In this document: positions 29,260 through 39,123 of the stretch, piece by piece
Layout: the number at the start of each line of letters is the position of its first letter
How positions within the stretch are numbered: the first letter of the stretch is position 1
NCBI GenBank assembly: GCA_963772835.1
Contig: CAVYYZ010000013.1
Coordinates: 21,475 to 85,474 of the forward strand
Length of the DNA: 64,000 bases
Direction: 5' to 3'
Source of the DNA: an uncultured delta proteobacterium
GTDB lineage: Bacteria > Desulfobacterota > Desulfuromonadia > Geobacterales > Pseudopelobacteraceae
Made by a program: the position numbers and the translations under genes
The notes under the pieces: generated by a model
What the model was told of the DNA's origin: nothing
Seen by the model: only the letters and a program-made list of their open reading frames with translations
Database searches by the model: none

Positions 29260-30732
29260 GTGGACCGAACCACTGTTGAAACCCTTTTTGCCCATACTTC
29301 CCGGATCAGTTGCCTGGTAATCGGTGACCTGATGCTGGACGAATACCTGTGGGGGAGAGCTGATCGTATCTCGCCTGAAGCCCCCGTACAGGTGGTTGAC
29401 GTTATCCGTGAAGAACTCCGTCTGGGTGGAGCCGGTAATGTTGTACATAATCTTGCTGCGCTGGGAGTACAGGTATCGGTCTGTTCAGTTGTCGGTGACG
29501 ACCAGAACGGTCGTGAGCTGTTAGGGCAGTTTTGCCATCATCATATTGATACCCGGGCAATTTTCCAGGATCCTGATCGCCGTACCAGCCGTAAAACGAG
29601 AGTAGTTGCCGCACATCAGCAAATTGTACGCATTGATCGGGAATCGAGGGAAGCATTGCCGTCGGTCGTCGAACAGCAGCTCTGCAATTGGATAGCCGAC
29701 CATGCCCGGGAATTCTCGGTCATAGTGCTTTCAGACTACAACAAGGGCGTGTTGACACCGGCTGTTGTCGCCTCTGCAATTTCAACCGCAGCCGTGGCCG
29801 GAATTCCTGTGCTGGTGGATCCGAAGGGGACCGATTATACCCGCTATGGCGGTGCAACGCTGCTGACGCCGAACCGCAAGGAGGCCGAGGCCGCATCCGG
29901 AATCCCCATCACTGATGCCGCCTCTCTGGCAGAGGCTGCAGCGGTTATAATGAGTTCGACCGGTGTGCCGCACCTGCTTATCACCCGCAGTGAAGAGGGC
30001 ATGTCGCTTTTTTCAAAAGGGGGCGAAATAGTTCATATTCCAACTGTTGCCCGCGAGGTTTTCGATGTTTCGGGCGCCGGAGATACGGTGCTTGCAGCAT
30101 TGGCGGTTGGTATTGCTTCCGGTTTCAGTATGGCCGAATCAGCCAGGCTGGCCAACATTGCCGCAGGAATTGCTGTCGGTAAGCTTGGGACATCGGTTGT
30201 TTCACCGCAGGAAATCATCGACACAGTTTCCCTGGCCCATAAAGACAGTCATGCTAAAATTAAGAGTCGCGATGTCCTGGCCGCCCTGATTGCGGCGGAG
30301 AAAAACAGGGGAAAGCAAATTGTATTCACCAACGGATGTTTTGACCTGCTGCATGCCGGACATGTGAAATATCTGCAGAAGGCGCGGAATCTTGGCGACC
30401 TGCTGGTGCTGGGGCTTAACAGTGATGCCTCTGTACGGCGTTTGAAAGGGCCAAAGCGACCACTGATTGACCAGGATGAACGTGCCCATCTCCTGGCTGC
30501 TCTTGATTGTATCGATTATGTCGTTGTTTTTGACGAAGACACTCCGTTGGAACTGATTGCCGCTCTCAAACCACATATTCTGGCCAAAGGAGGAGATTAC
30601 TCCCTGGAAGGTGTGGTCGGCAAAGACATCGTTGAATCCTACGGCGGCCGGGTTGAACTGGTTACTTTTGTGGACGGTAAATCTACAACGAATATTATTG
30701 AGCGTATCCTTGAGCTTTATTCAGGCGAGTAA
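29260..30732 (+). CDS. hldE: Bifunctional heptose-7-phosphate kinase / heptose-1-phosphate adenylyltransferase
   Basis: RISPEAPV, GGAGNV, TPNRKE, DVSGAGDT, FTNGCFDLLHAGH, KGGDY; GTG 29260 after GGAGG. Confidence 0.95.
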   Translation: MDRTTVETLFAHTSRISCLVIGDLMLDEYLWGRADRISPEAPVQVVDVIREELRLGGAGNVVHNLAALGVQVSVCSVVGDDQNGRELLGQFCHHHIDTRAIFQDPDRRTSRKTRVVAAHQQIVRIDRESREALPSVVEQQLCNWIADHAREFSVIVLSDYNKGVLTPAVVASAISTAAVAGIPVLVDPKGTDYTRYGGATLLTPNRKEAEAASGIPITDAASLAEAAAVIMSSTGVPHLLITRSEEGMSLFSKGGEIVHIPTVAREVFDVSGAGDTVLAALAVGIASGFSMAESARLANIAAGIAVGKLGTSVVSPQEIIDTVSLAHKDSHAKIKSRDVLAALIAAEKNRGKQIVFTNGCFDLLHAGHVKYLQKARNLGDLLVLGLNSDASVRRLKGPKRPLIDQDERAHLLAALDCIDYVVVFDEDTPLELIAALKPHILAKGGDYSLEGVVGKDIVESYGGRVELVTFVDGKSTTNIIERILELYSGE

Positions 30733-30825
30733 TTTCTTATCCTGATTAGGATTTTCTGGTTTTCGGCTCAGCTTTCTGGTATGAGAAAACATTCCTTGAT
30801 CAATGCATTGTAGACAGGAGAAGTT

Positions 30826-31566
30826 ATGACAGAGAGTGCCGCACCACGCAGGGAGCTCTGGATACTGGGTATAAAGCAGGGGGACGGCCGTGAGGATATG
30901 CTCTCCTCTTATCTGGAGGCGGGCGGATATGCCAGTCGGATTGAACAGTTTGACAATCTTGAAACTGGAAAACCTTTGGGGATCGTACTTGATATTTCTC
31001 CTTTTTCGGAAGATGGCTGGGGTGTCCTGCTTAAAATAAAGAGATCTCAGATAATCCGTAACATTCCGGTGCTGCTGGTTTTTTTAAGTGAAAAAGGTAA
31101 GGTTGGCGGAGTGTTTCCGGTATCCGGTTTTTTTACTCTTCCGATCGATGAACAGTACCTCCAAAATCGCATGGCAGTGTATGGGCTGACTGAAGAGGCT
31201 GAAACCTGGGATCTGCAGTCAATGGTCGCTTCAAGAACCGGAGAAGAAAAACTTTCCAAAGCGATTGAAGCCCTGGATTTTGAGGTTATCAAAGCGTATA
31301 CCGGTAAAGAGGCTCTCGCTCTTTCGTCGATTCATCCGGTCTATATGATATTCTGCACTCAGATGTTGCCGGACATGTCGGCGTTTGAACTGCAGGAACG
31401 GCTTCGCCTCGACCCGTATGGCAGCAATACGCCGCTGTTTGTACTTTTAAAAGACGGGATGAAGGAAGGGGAACGCCTGGCCCTGAGCAGGGAAATATCC
31501 CATCTGGTCAGAAAAAAACAGCTTTCCTGCGAAGAATTTCTCGGTTATTTACGCCGCAAGGAATAA
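30826..31566 (+). CDS. Protein with two degenerate receiver-like domains
   Basis: DGWGVLLKIK..IPV and AYTGKEAL..LPDMSAFEL..LR..TP resemble REC segments; AGGAG RBS. Confidence 0.65.
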   Translation: MTESAAPRRELWILGIKQGDGREDMLSSYLEAGGYASRIEQFDNLETGKPLGIVLDISPFSEDGWGVLLKIKRSQIIRNIPVLLVFLSEKGKVGGVFPVSGFFTLPIDEQYLQNRMAVYGLTEEAETWDLQSMVASRTGEEKLSKAIEALDFEVIKAYTGKEALALSSIHPVYMIFCTQMLPDMSAFELQERLRLDPYGSNTPLFVLLKDGMKEGERLALSREISHLVRKKQLSCEEFLGYLRRKE

Positions 31567-31585
31567 CCACTTAAAAATAGAGGAT

Positions 31586-31629
31586 AAAAAAACAGCCGCT
31601 TCCCTGTACGAGGAAGCGGCTGCTTTTTT
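31586..31629. terminator. Bidirectional intrinsic terminator
   Basis: A-run, CAGCCGCTTCC / GGAAGCGGCTG stem, T-run; lies between convergent genes. Confidence 0.85.
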
Positions 31630-31656
31630 GAATTTTGGAAATTGGTACCTGAAGAG

Positions 31657-32730
31657 CTACAACAAGCCATCAAGATCTTTTATTTCGACACTGGCCTTGC
31701 CGCGCAAATCTTTGGCCCATTGGCTGAAGCGCTCTTCTGATTTTTTACGATAGATAATTTCTTCAATGTCCGCTTTGACGCTCTCAAACGGCTTGACGGT
31801 GCCTGCAACCCGTGATTCAAGCTTGATGATGTGAAAGCCGATCGGTGTCGTAACCAGATCGCTTATCTCACCAGGCTTCAGAGAAAGGATGGCTTTCTCC
31901 AGTTCCGGCTGCATGTCCCCCTTTTTAAAACTTCCCAGGTCACCGCCATCTTTACGTGCTGCCGGATCTTCCGAGAATTTTTTCGCCAGTTCGGCAAAGT
32001 CCTTGCCCCCTTTGGCATCCGCCAGAACAGCGAGGGCCGTAGCTTTAGAACGTTTTATCTCGTCCTGAGTTGCCTTCTCACCGGTTTTGAAGAAAATGTG
32101 ACGCGCCCGGTAGCTTTCCTCTTCTGTGTATTTAGCCAGATTCGCAGCATAATAGTCGCGCATCTCTGTCTCTCCGACCTGGACCTTGGAGCGCACTTCC
32201 ATACTCACCAGCCGCAGCTTTTCGATCTGCTCCTGGAGTTGGGCGCGATACTGGTCAAACGAAAGCCCCTGGCCGGCAAGAGCTGCAATCAGAGCCTCCT
32301 GAGACGGGATATTGTTCTGTTTGCGCACGTCCTCAATCGCCTGTCGTATTTCTTCTTCGGATACACGGATATTCAGTTCCTTGATTTTTTGCGCAGTCAG
32401 TTTCTTTTCAATCAGGTGATCAAGAGCCGTACGCCGAATCTGACTCCGGGCCGCATCATTCACGGCCCCTTTCTTTTCTGCTTCACCGATAGCGGGCTGC
32501 GCTTCCCGGATCACATCATGCAAAGTAATGATATCGTCGTTGACAACGGCTACAATTGCGTTCGTAATGTTCTTCGGCTTTTTGGGGCCATCCGGGAGAG
32601 GGCCCGATTGATCCGGTTTACTCGTTGCCGTCGCCGGTTCCTTGGCAACAACAGCATCATTGCCGGCACATCCTCCTGTAAGGAACAGGGCCATACTGAT
32701 CGTCACAACTGCCAAAGTTCGCTGATTCAT
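31657..32730 (-). CDS. SurA-like parvulin PPIase/chaperone, probable lipoprotein
   Basis: Signal peptide ending ..LTGGC, IVAVVNDDIIT SurA N-domain, ARHIF..FAELAKKFSED..GGDLG..GFHIIKL. Confidence 0.88.
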   Translation of the reverse strand: MNQRTLAVVTISMALFLTGGCAGNDAVVAKEPATATSKPDQSGPLPDGPKKPKNITNAIVAVVNDDIITLHDVIREAQPAIGEAEKKGAVNDAARSQIRRTALDHLIEKKLTAQKIKELNIRVSEEEIRQAIEDVRKQNNIPSQEALIAALAGQGLSFDQYRAQLQEQIEKLRLVSMEVRSKVQVGETEMRDYYAANLAKYTEEESYRARHIFFKTGEKATQDEIKRSKATALAVLADAKGGKDFAELAKKFSEDPAARKDGGDLGSFKKGDMQPELEKAILSLKPGEISDLVTTPIGFHIIKLESRVAGTVKPFESVKADIEEIIYRKKSEERFSQWAKDLRGKASVEIKDLDGLL

Positions 32731-32835
32731 TGTTGGGCTCTTTTCTTCGTAAGATGTCAAAACCGGAAGGGGGACACACTCCCGCACTTCCGGTTTAATC
32801 TGTTAAAAATCTACCAGTTCAAGGCTGTAATGGTA

Positions 32836-33789
32836 CTATTTTTTTTCGGGTACAGCCGGCTTTTGGGCTTCAGCAGGTTTTTTATCATCTGTTTTTGCTT
32901 CTTCCTTAGTACCGCCGATGCTGTTTAAAACATCTTCTTTGATCGTAATCTTTGCGGTCTTTTTCAGTTCATCCTTTATTTTCTGAAAAACTTCCTGCTG
33001 TTTGCTCGGCATGATCGCGCCTTTGATCTGCTCCTTTACCTCTTCAAACGGGCGGATTCCAGCCGGTCGTTTACCGGTCAGCTTGATGATGTGGAAGCCG
33101 AAATCGCTTTTGACAACATCCGAAATCTGACCTTCTTTAAGCGCGAGAGCCGCTTTTTCGAAAGCCGGAACCATGCTGCCTTTACCGAACCACCCCAGAT
33201 CTCCGCCCTTTGCTGAGGAGGAATCAACAGAATTTTTCTTGGCAAGTTCCTCAAAATTTCCACCGGATTTAAGCTGGGCGAGGATGCCCTTGGCTTCTTT
33301 TTCAGTTTTAACCAGGATATGACTGGCCTTGATCTGTTCACCGGATTTGAACTTTTCTTTGTTCTGTTCGTAGAACTTTTTCATATCTTCGTCTGAAACT
33401 TTTGATTCAGACTCGACCTTCTTCTTGAGAAACGATTCAACGATCAGTCGTTTTTTCAGATCCTGCAGTTTTTCCTCGATTTCTGTGCCCTTATCGAGGC
33501 CGTCTTTGGCTGCCTGCTGAAGAATCAGTTCACGTATGACCATTGTGTCCAGCATCTCTTTGCGACCTTGCGGAGTTTCGGCCATCGCTTTCAGGTATTC
33601 CGGTAAATTTTTGAGCTCACGGTCGAAATCGCCTGTTGTGATACTGCCGCTATTTACCTCGGCAAGAACTTTACCTTCTTTCTTGCTCTCAGTGTTAGCC
33701 CCGCCGGAAGTGCTGTTCCCCTGACATCCGAAAAGTGCCGCCACACAGAGGGTGGCCGTAAACAGTTTTGTAATTGTCATGATTTTCAC
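32836..33789 (-). CDS. PpiC/PrsA-type parvulin PPIase lipoprotein
   Basis: LFGC lipobox, ASHILV, FEELAKKNS, GGDLGWF, MVPAFE, FGFHII; GTG 33789 after AAGGAG. Confidence 0.9.
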   Translation of the reverse strand: MKIMTITKLFTATLCVAALFGCQGNSTSGGANTESKKEGKVLAEVNSGSITTGDFDRELKNLPEYLKAMAETPQGRKEMLDTMVIRELILQQAAKDGLDKGTEIEEKLQDLKKRLIVESFLKKKVESESKVSDEDMKKFYEQNKEKFKSGEQIKASHILVKTEKEAKGILAQLKSGGNFEELAKKNSVDSSSAKGGDLGWFGKGSMVPAFEKAALALKEGQISDVVKSDFGFHIIKLTGKRPAGIRPFEEVKEQIKGAIMPSKQQEVFQKIKDELKKTAKITIKEDVLNSIGGTKEEAKTDDKKPAEAQKPAVPEKK

Positions 33790-33994
33790 GTAACGCTCCT
33801 TTAGTCTATGTTCAAGTATATGTAAACCCGTAAAAACTAGCATATCACTCCGGTCGTTGCAACATTATTTCACGTGCTGTTTCCAATGGTTTTTACTTGC
33901 CATTAAAGCCCGGTACGTTACAATGGGGGGTGAATTATCAATCTTCCTGTACACCTCCCGAACGGTTTCAGGTACACAGAGAATCGAATCGACC

Positions 33995-35047
33995 GTGACC
34001 CATACATCCCCGTCTGCACTTGCAAAAATCGGCGAATTCGGCCTGATTTCCCGAATTTCCTCTGGAGTCGTAACTGATGAAAGTGTTGTTACCGGCATTG
34101 GTGATGATGCCGCGGTAACTGCGATTACAGACTCCATGCAATTGATAACTTCCACCGACATGCTGCTGGAGGAGGTGCATTTCCAGCGTTCCTGGCATGA
34201 CCCGTACCACCTGGGTCGCAAATCTCTGGCCGTCAATCTTTCCGACATTGCAGCAATGGGTGGTATCCCCCGCTGGGCGCTGCTCTCTGTGGCTATTCCC
34301 CCCGATCTTCCGCTTGATTTCATAGAAGAATTTATGCGCGGCTTTCTGGCGATAGCCTCAGAAAACAAGGTTTCCCTTGTCGGTGGTGACACCTGCTCTT
34401 CGCATTCAGGGTTGACGATCTCAGTAACGGTAATGGGTGAACAGTTCCCTGACCGGATCGTGCGCCGCTCCGGTGCGATGCAGGATGACGATATCTGGGT
34501 AACCGGAACGCTTGGTGATGCGGCTCTTGGATTGACGCTGGTGATGAACGGTGATGCTGTCCCGGCAACGTCACCCCCATTGCAGGGAGGAGGACGGCGT
34601 GATACCGTGGCCAACTTCCTCATTGCCCGTCTGCTGGATCCGGAGCCCCGGATTTCAGCTGCTCTGGCTCTTGCTGAAGCCGGATTGGCAACTGCAATGA
34701 TAGATGTCAGTGATGGAATCCTGGCTGATTTTGGTCATATTGCCGAGCAATCAGCTGTCGGAGGCCGCATGTATCTTAATGACATCCCGCTTTCAGCACA
34801 TTTTCTCAGTTCAACGTCACATCTCCCCGATGTTCCTTACCAGATGGCGCTTTCCGGCGGAGAGGATTATGAGATCTGTTTTACCGCCCATCGGTCGAAT
34901 CGGGAAAAAATTATCGATTGTATGAAAAAGTGTGGCAATGCAGTGACACGAATTGGTATAGTGACAAGATTTTCCGGAGTAGAAGTTGTTGACCAGGACG
35001 GCAGTGCCTATAATTCCCGCGCTGATGGATATAATCATTTTACATAG
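33995..35047 (+). CDS. thiL: Thiamine-monophosphate kinase
   Basis: GEFGLI, GIGDDAA, EVHF, NLSDIAAMG, GGDT, IDVSDG, GGEDYE; start uncertain. Confidence 0.93.
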   Translation: MTHTSPSALAKIGEFGLISRISSGVVTDESVVTGIGDDAAVTAITDSMQLITSTDMLLEEVHFQRSWHDPYHLGRKSLAVNLSDIAAMGGIPRWALLSVAIPPDLPLDFIEEFMRGFLAIASENKVSLVGGDTCSSHSGLTISVTVMGEQFPDRIVRRSGAMQDDDIWVTGTLGDAALGLTLVMNGDAVPATSPPLQGGGRRDTVANFLIARLLDPEPRISAALALAEAGLATAMIDVSDGILADFGHIAEQSAVGGRMYLNDIPLSAHFLSSTSHLPDVPYQMALSGGEDYEICFTAHRSNREKIIDCMKKCGNAVTRIGIVTRFSGVEVVDQDGSAYNSRADGYNHFT

Positions 35048-35077
35048 TTTTAAATTTCCCGAATGAAAGGAACTTCC

Positions 35078-37081
35078 ATGCACCACACCACGATTCCCGC
35101 TGACAAGGCCCGGCGTTGCGCCGATGCCATCCGTATCATCTCTGCAGAGGCTGTTGACAGGGCCAATTCCGGTCACCCTGGTCTTCCGATGGGGGCGGCT
35201 GACTGCGCCGTTGCATTGTGGGGTAATTTTCTGGAATGTAATCCGGATGATCCACGCTGGGCCAACCGCGACCGCTTCATTCTTTCAGCCGGTCATGGCT
35301 CGATGCTTCTCTATTCGCTGCTGCATCTGTTCGGATATGACCTGCCAATGGATGAGATCAAAAACTTCCGTCAGTGGGGGAGCAAAACCCCCGGGCACCC
35401 GGAATTCGGTCACACGGTCGGAGTTGAAGTAACCACCGGGCCGCTTGGGCAGGGTTTTGCCAACGGCGTCGGGATGGGTATCGCCGCCAGAATGGCGGCC
35501 GAACGCTTCAACACCGCCGGTTTCGCGCCGATAAATCATTATATCTACACTCTGCTTGGTGACGGCTGCCTGCAGGAAGGTATCAGCTATGAAGCTGCCG
35601 CCCTGGCCGGCCACCTCAAGCTGGGTAATCTTATCTACATCTATGACAGCAATAGTATAACAATCGAAGGGAAAACCGATCTGGCCTGGTCGGAGGACGT
35701 TGAAGGGCGTTTCATCGCCAGTGGCTGGCATGTCCAGAAGGTAGACGGACACGATAACAATCAGATCGTTTCTGCAATTACCGCTGCCAGAGCCGAAACC
35801 GTCAAGCCTTCGATCATCATAGCCACTACGCATATCGCGTTCGGGAGCCCGGCAAAACAGGGGTCCTCCGGTGCACATGGCTCTCCACTCGGAGCGGCCG
35901 AGATAGCCGCCACCCGGGCCAACCTCGGCTGGGACGCCGCGCCGTTTGAAGTTCCTCAGGATGTGCGTGAAACCTGTGCAGCACGGGTCACGGAACAAAA
36001 ACTGAATTATGCCTCCTGGCAGCTCGGCTTTGAATCGTGGCGGACCGCCAATCCGGAGAAATCGAAACTCTGGGATGTAATGTGGCATAGGCAGCTGCCG
36101 GCACATCTGATGGAGGAACTGTTAGCTGTTGTTGCCGGCAAGGATGGCGCTACCCGCGCACTGTCAGGAACGATCCTGCAGAAAGTGGCAGAACTGGTCC
36201 CCTCGCTGGTCGGAGGCTCTGCCGATTTGGCACCTTCGAACAACAGCGACATCAAGGGGTCTCCGTCGGTTCAGGCGGGCAGCTTTGCCGGACGCAACCT
36301 GCACTTCGGTATTCGTGAACACGCCATGGGGGCGATTGTTAACGGTATGGCGCTCTACGGCTGCTTCATTCCCTACGGTGCGACATTTCTGGTTTTTGCC
36401 GACTACTGCCGTCCGGCAGTCCGTCTTTCCGCATTAATGAACCTCCAGGCGATATATATTTTTACGCATGATTCATTCTTTGTCGGTGAAGACGGCCCGA
36501 CGCATCAGCCGATCGAACATGTTGCGACACTGCGCCTGATCCCCGGTCTGCAGGTTCTCCGTCCGGCCGACGGGGTAGAGACTGCGGCGGCCTGGCAAGC
36601 TGCCCTGCAGTACCACGGCCCAACTGCGTTGATTCTGACCCGCCAGAAGCTGCCGGTGATTGCCCGGTCCGCATCGTTTACTCCGGCGGATGCGCTCAAG
36701 GGTGGCTACATCGTTTCTTCACCTGATGGCGCTGCCGATGTAGTGATCATGGCCAGCGGCTCCGAGGTGCATATCGCGGCGGAAGCAACAGAAATACTGG
36801 CTTCTCAGGGCATTAAAGCGCGCGTTGTCTCAGTCCCCTGTCTGGAAACCTTTGTTGCCCAGTCTGCAGAGTATCGCGGTCAGGTCCTTCCTGCCGGAAT
36901 TCCGCGGGTGGCTTTTGAAGCGGGCCGGGGCATGCCGTGGGGGAGCCTGATCGGGTGTGACGGCCTGTTTATCGGTATTGAACATTTCGGGGCATCGGCT
37001 CCGGACAAAATTCTGGCGGAACAGTTTGGATTTACCACGCCGCAGGTGGCGGAAAAAATAAGAGTTTTCTTGAAAAAATAA
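35078..37081 (+). CDS. tkt: Transketolase
   Basis: [53 protein letters not shown]; start ATG 35078 after AAAGGA, or 35063. Confidence 0.97.
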   Translation: MHHTTIPADKARRCADAIRIISAEAVDRANSGHPGLPMGAADCAVALWGNFLECNPDDPRWANRDRFILSAGHGSMLLYSLLHLFGYDLPMDEIKNFRQWGSKTPGHPEFGHTVGVEVTTGPLGQGFANGVGMGIAARMAAERFNTAGFAPINHYIYTLLGDGCLQEGISYEAAALAGHLKLGNLIYIYDSNSITIEGKTDLAWSEDVEGRFIASGWHVQKVDGHDNNQIVSAITAARAETVKPSIIIATTHIAFGSPAKQGSSGAHGSPLGAAEIAATRANLGWDAAPFEVPQDVRETCAARVTEQKLNYASWQLGFESWRTANPEKSKLWDVMWHRQLPAHLMEELLAVVAGKDGATRALSGTILQKVAELVPSLVGGSADLAPSNNSDIKGSPSVQAGSFAGRNLHFGIREHAMGAIVNGMALYGCFIPYGATFLVFADYCRPAVRLSALMNLQAIYIFTHDSFFVGEDGPTHQPIEHVATLRLIPGLQVLRPADGVETAAAWQAALQYHGPTALILTRQKLPVIARSASFTPADALKGGYIVSSPDGAADVVIMASGSEVHIAAEATEILASQGIKARVVSVPCLETFVAQSAEYRGQVLPAGIPRVAFEAGRGMPWGSLIGCDGLFIGIEHFGASAPDKILAEQFGFTTPQVAEKIRVFLKK

Positions 37082-37109
37082 ACCGGTAGACTGATTTTTA
37101 CAGGTAGCC

Positions 37110-37799
37110 ATGGAACTGATCGAACAGCTTAAAAAACCGCTCCTCTTCTCCGGACTTAATGATGCAGACCTGTCGGAACTGGCGGCCATAACGGTGCGTC
37201 GCACCTTCAGGAAGGGAGAAACTCTTTTCAGCGAAGGTGAGGAAGCCACCGGTTTCTACCTGCTCCTGTCCGGGAGCATTAAGCTCTGTCGAATGTCTCC
37301 TGACGGCCGGGAGAAAGTTCTGCACTTTGTCAAGCCGCGTGAGACGTTTGCTGAAGCAGCTTTTTTCGGTGATGGTAAATATCCTGCCGAAGCCCGCGCC
37401 ATGGAAGCGGGAGATGTCCTGTATCTTCCTCGCCAGGGCTTCATGGAGCTGATGAGTCACAATCCCAATTTTGCCCTTAACCTGGTTGTGTCGCTCTCAC
37501 TCATGCTGCGCCAGTTTGCCCGACAGATAGAGGAACTTTCCTTTGCCGATGTTACGTCCCGGCTGGCTTCTTTTCTCGTGCGGCGCGCAGCAGAAAGCTC
37601 AACCAGTTTCGGCGGTATTACCTATATTGATCTGGGAATAAAAAAAGGTGAACTGGCCTCCCGTCTGGGAACCGCCAGCGAAACGATCTCCCGTACCTTG
37701 AGAAAATTGAAAGATGAGGGCATCATCGAAGTTCAGGGGAACCGGGTGGTCGTGCATCAGATGGAAAAACTGGAGAAGCTGAGCGAACGACATGAATAA
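37110..37799 (+). CDS. Crp/Fnr-family transcriptional regulator without an FNR cysteine cluster
   Basis: cNMP-binding fold (LFSEGE, GSIKL, DGREKVL) and HTH LASRLGTASETISR. Confidence 0.92.
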   Translation: MELIEQLKKPLLFSGLNDADLSELAAITVRRTFRKGETLFSEGEEATGFYLLLSGSIKLCRMSPDGREKVLHFVKPRETFAEAAFFGDGKYPAEARAMEAGDVLYLPRQGFMELMSHNPNFALNLVVSLSLMLRQFARQIEELSFADVTSRLASFLVRRAAESSTSFGGITYIDLGIKKGELASRLGTASETISRTLRKLKDEGIIEVQGNRVVVHQMEKLEKLSERHE

Positions 37800-37814
37800 A
37801 GCGAGGATTCCTGA

Positions 37815-38828
37815 ATGCTGATTGTTATGAACCACACCGCCACCCAGGCGGATGTCGATGCAATTTCCCGAATTGTGCAGGAAATGGGCTTCAGGGCTGA
37901 ACCGATCCCGGGGAGCGAACGGACCGCAATAGGTGTTCTCGGTAACCACGGGTATGTGGATGACAGCAAAATACTTGAACTGCCCGGTGTACAGAGGGTT
38001 ATTCACGTTTCGAAGCCGTATAAACTGGTATCGCGCGATTTTCATCCGGAAGATACAATTGTTGATGTGGCCGGTGTCAGAGTCGGTCAGGGGTGCCGTC
38101 CGGTCGTTGTTGGCGGACCCTGTGCCGTGGAGAGTCTGGATCAGATCGTCAAAACCGCTCTCTTTGTGAAAAAATGCGGCGGGGATATGCTGCGTGGCGG
38201 TGCTTTCAAGCCGCGTACCGGACCGCACACGTTTCAGGGGCTTCGCGAAGAAGGACTTAAACTGCTGGCAATAGCCGGAAAAGAGAGCGGTCTGCCGATT
38301 GTGACCGAAATCATGAGTCCTGACAATGTTGGGTTGGTCGCAGAGTATGCCGATCTGCTCCAGGTCGGTGCTCGAAACATGCAGAACTTTGACCTGCTGC
38401 GTGAGCTGGGAAAAATCCGCAAGCCGGTGTTGTTAAAGCGGGGTATGAGTGCGACGGTTGAAGAGTTTCTGGCTGCCGCCGAATATATTCTGGCGGAAGG
38501 GAACGATCAGGTCATTCTCTGTGAACGTGGCATCCGCACCTTTGAGACCGCTACCCGCAACACGCTGGACCTTTCGATAGTGCCGCTGATCAAGGAAATG
38601 TCACACCTGCCGATTATGGTTGATCCCTCCCACGCGACCGGCAAACGCTCGCTGGTTTCACCGATGGCCAAGGCTGCATTAGTATCCGGTGCGGACGGTG
38701 TCCTGATCGAAGTGCATCCTGAACCGGAGAAGGCTCTTTCCGACGGGCCCCAGTCCCTGACGTTCCCCGGGTTTGAAAAAATGATGAACGAAATAGGTGA
38801 GTTGACTGCGTTTTTGCAGAACCGGTAA
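37815..38828 (+). CDS. aroF: DAHP synthase, class I-beta with N-terminal regulatory domain
   Basis: [52 protein letters not shown]. Confidence 0.94.
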   Translation: MLIVMNHTATQADVDAISRIVQEMGFRAEPIPGSERTAIGVLGNHGYVDDSKILELPGVQRVIHVSKPYKLVSRDFHPEDTIVDVAGVRVGQGCRPVVVGGPCAVESLDQIVKTALFVKKCGGDMLRGGAFKPRTGPHTFQGLREEGLKLLAIAGKESGLPIVTEIMSPDNVGLVAEYADLLQVGARNMQNFDLLRELGKIRKPVLLKRGMSATVEEFLAAAEYILAEGNDQVILCERGIRTFETATRNTLDLSIVPLIKEMSHLPIMVDPSHATGKRSLVSPMAKAALVSGADGVLIEVHPEPEKALSDGPQSLTFPGFEKMMNEIGELTAFLQNR

Positions 38829-38890
38829 TGATGTATACAAAACTCTTGTATTAATAATTTCATCGGAGTAATAATTGACGAAAGTTTGTT

Positions 38891-39063
38891 CTCTCTACCC
38901 TGCCCGTTGGATGATGCGCCCGGGCGGAATGCTAAATAGAACGGGGGTCGCTCCCTGCTGTGGTGTGCTGCCCTCAATACGCGGGTCTGCCTGAAACAGT
39001 ACACTGATTCCCACAATTAAGGAACTCGCCGGAGGCCCTTAAAGCTGACGACAGGGTGGAGAG
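38891..39063 (+). ncRNA. Candidate 6S-like RNA (long rod with central A-rich bubble)
   Basis: 5' CTCTCTACCCTG pairs with 3' CAGGGTGGAGAG; unpaired AATGCTAAATAGAAC and ACAATTAAGGAA; GGGGGTC/GATTCCC inner stem; promoter upstream and terminator downstream. Confidence 0.65.
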
Positions 39064-39070
39064 ATGAAAA

Positions 39071-39106
39071 GCAGAAAAGGGACGCCGTGAGGCGCCCCTT
39101 TTCTGC
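39071..39106. terminator. Terminator hairpin, probably bidirectional
   Basis: GCAGAAAAGGGACGCC-gtga-GGCGCCCCTTTTCTGC. Confidence 0.85.
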
Positions 39107-39123
39107 ATTCTGACAGCTGATTG

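Noticed and set aside
37110..37799. Calling the regulator fnr or crp and assigning target sites
   Set aside because: It has no FNR cysteine cluster, and I found no convincing TTGAT-N4-ATCAA or TGTGA-N6-TCACA box in the spacers inspected
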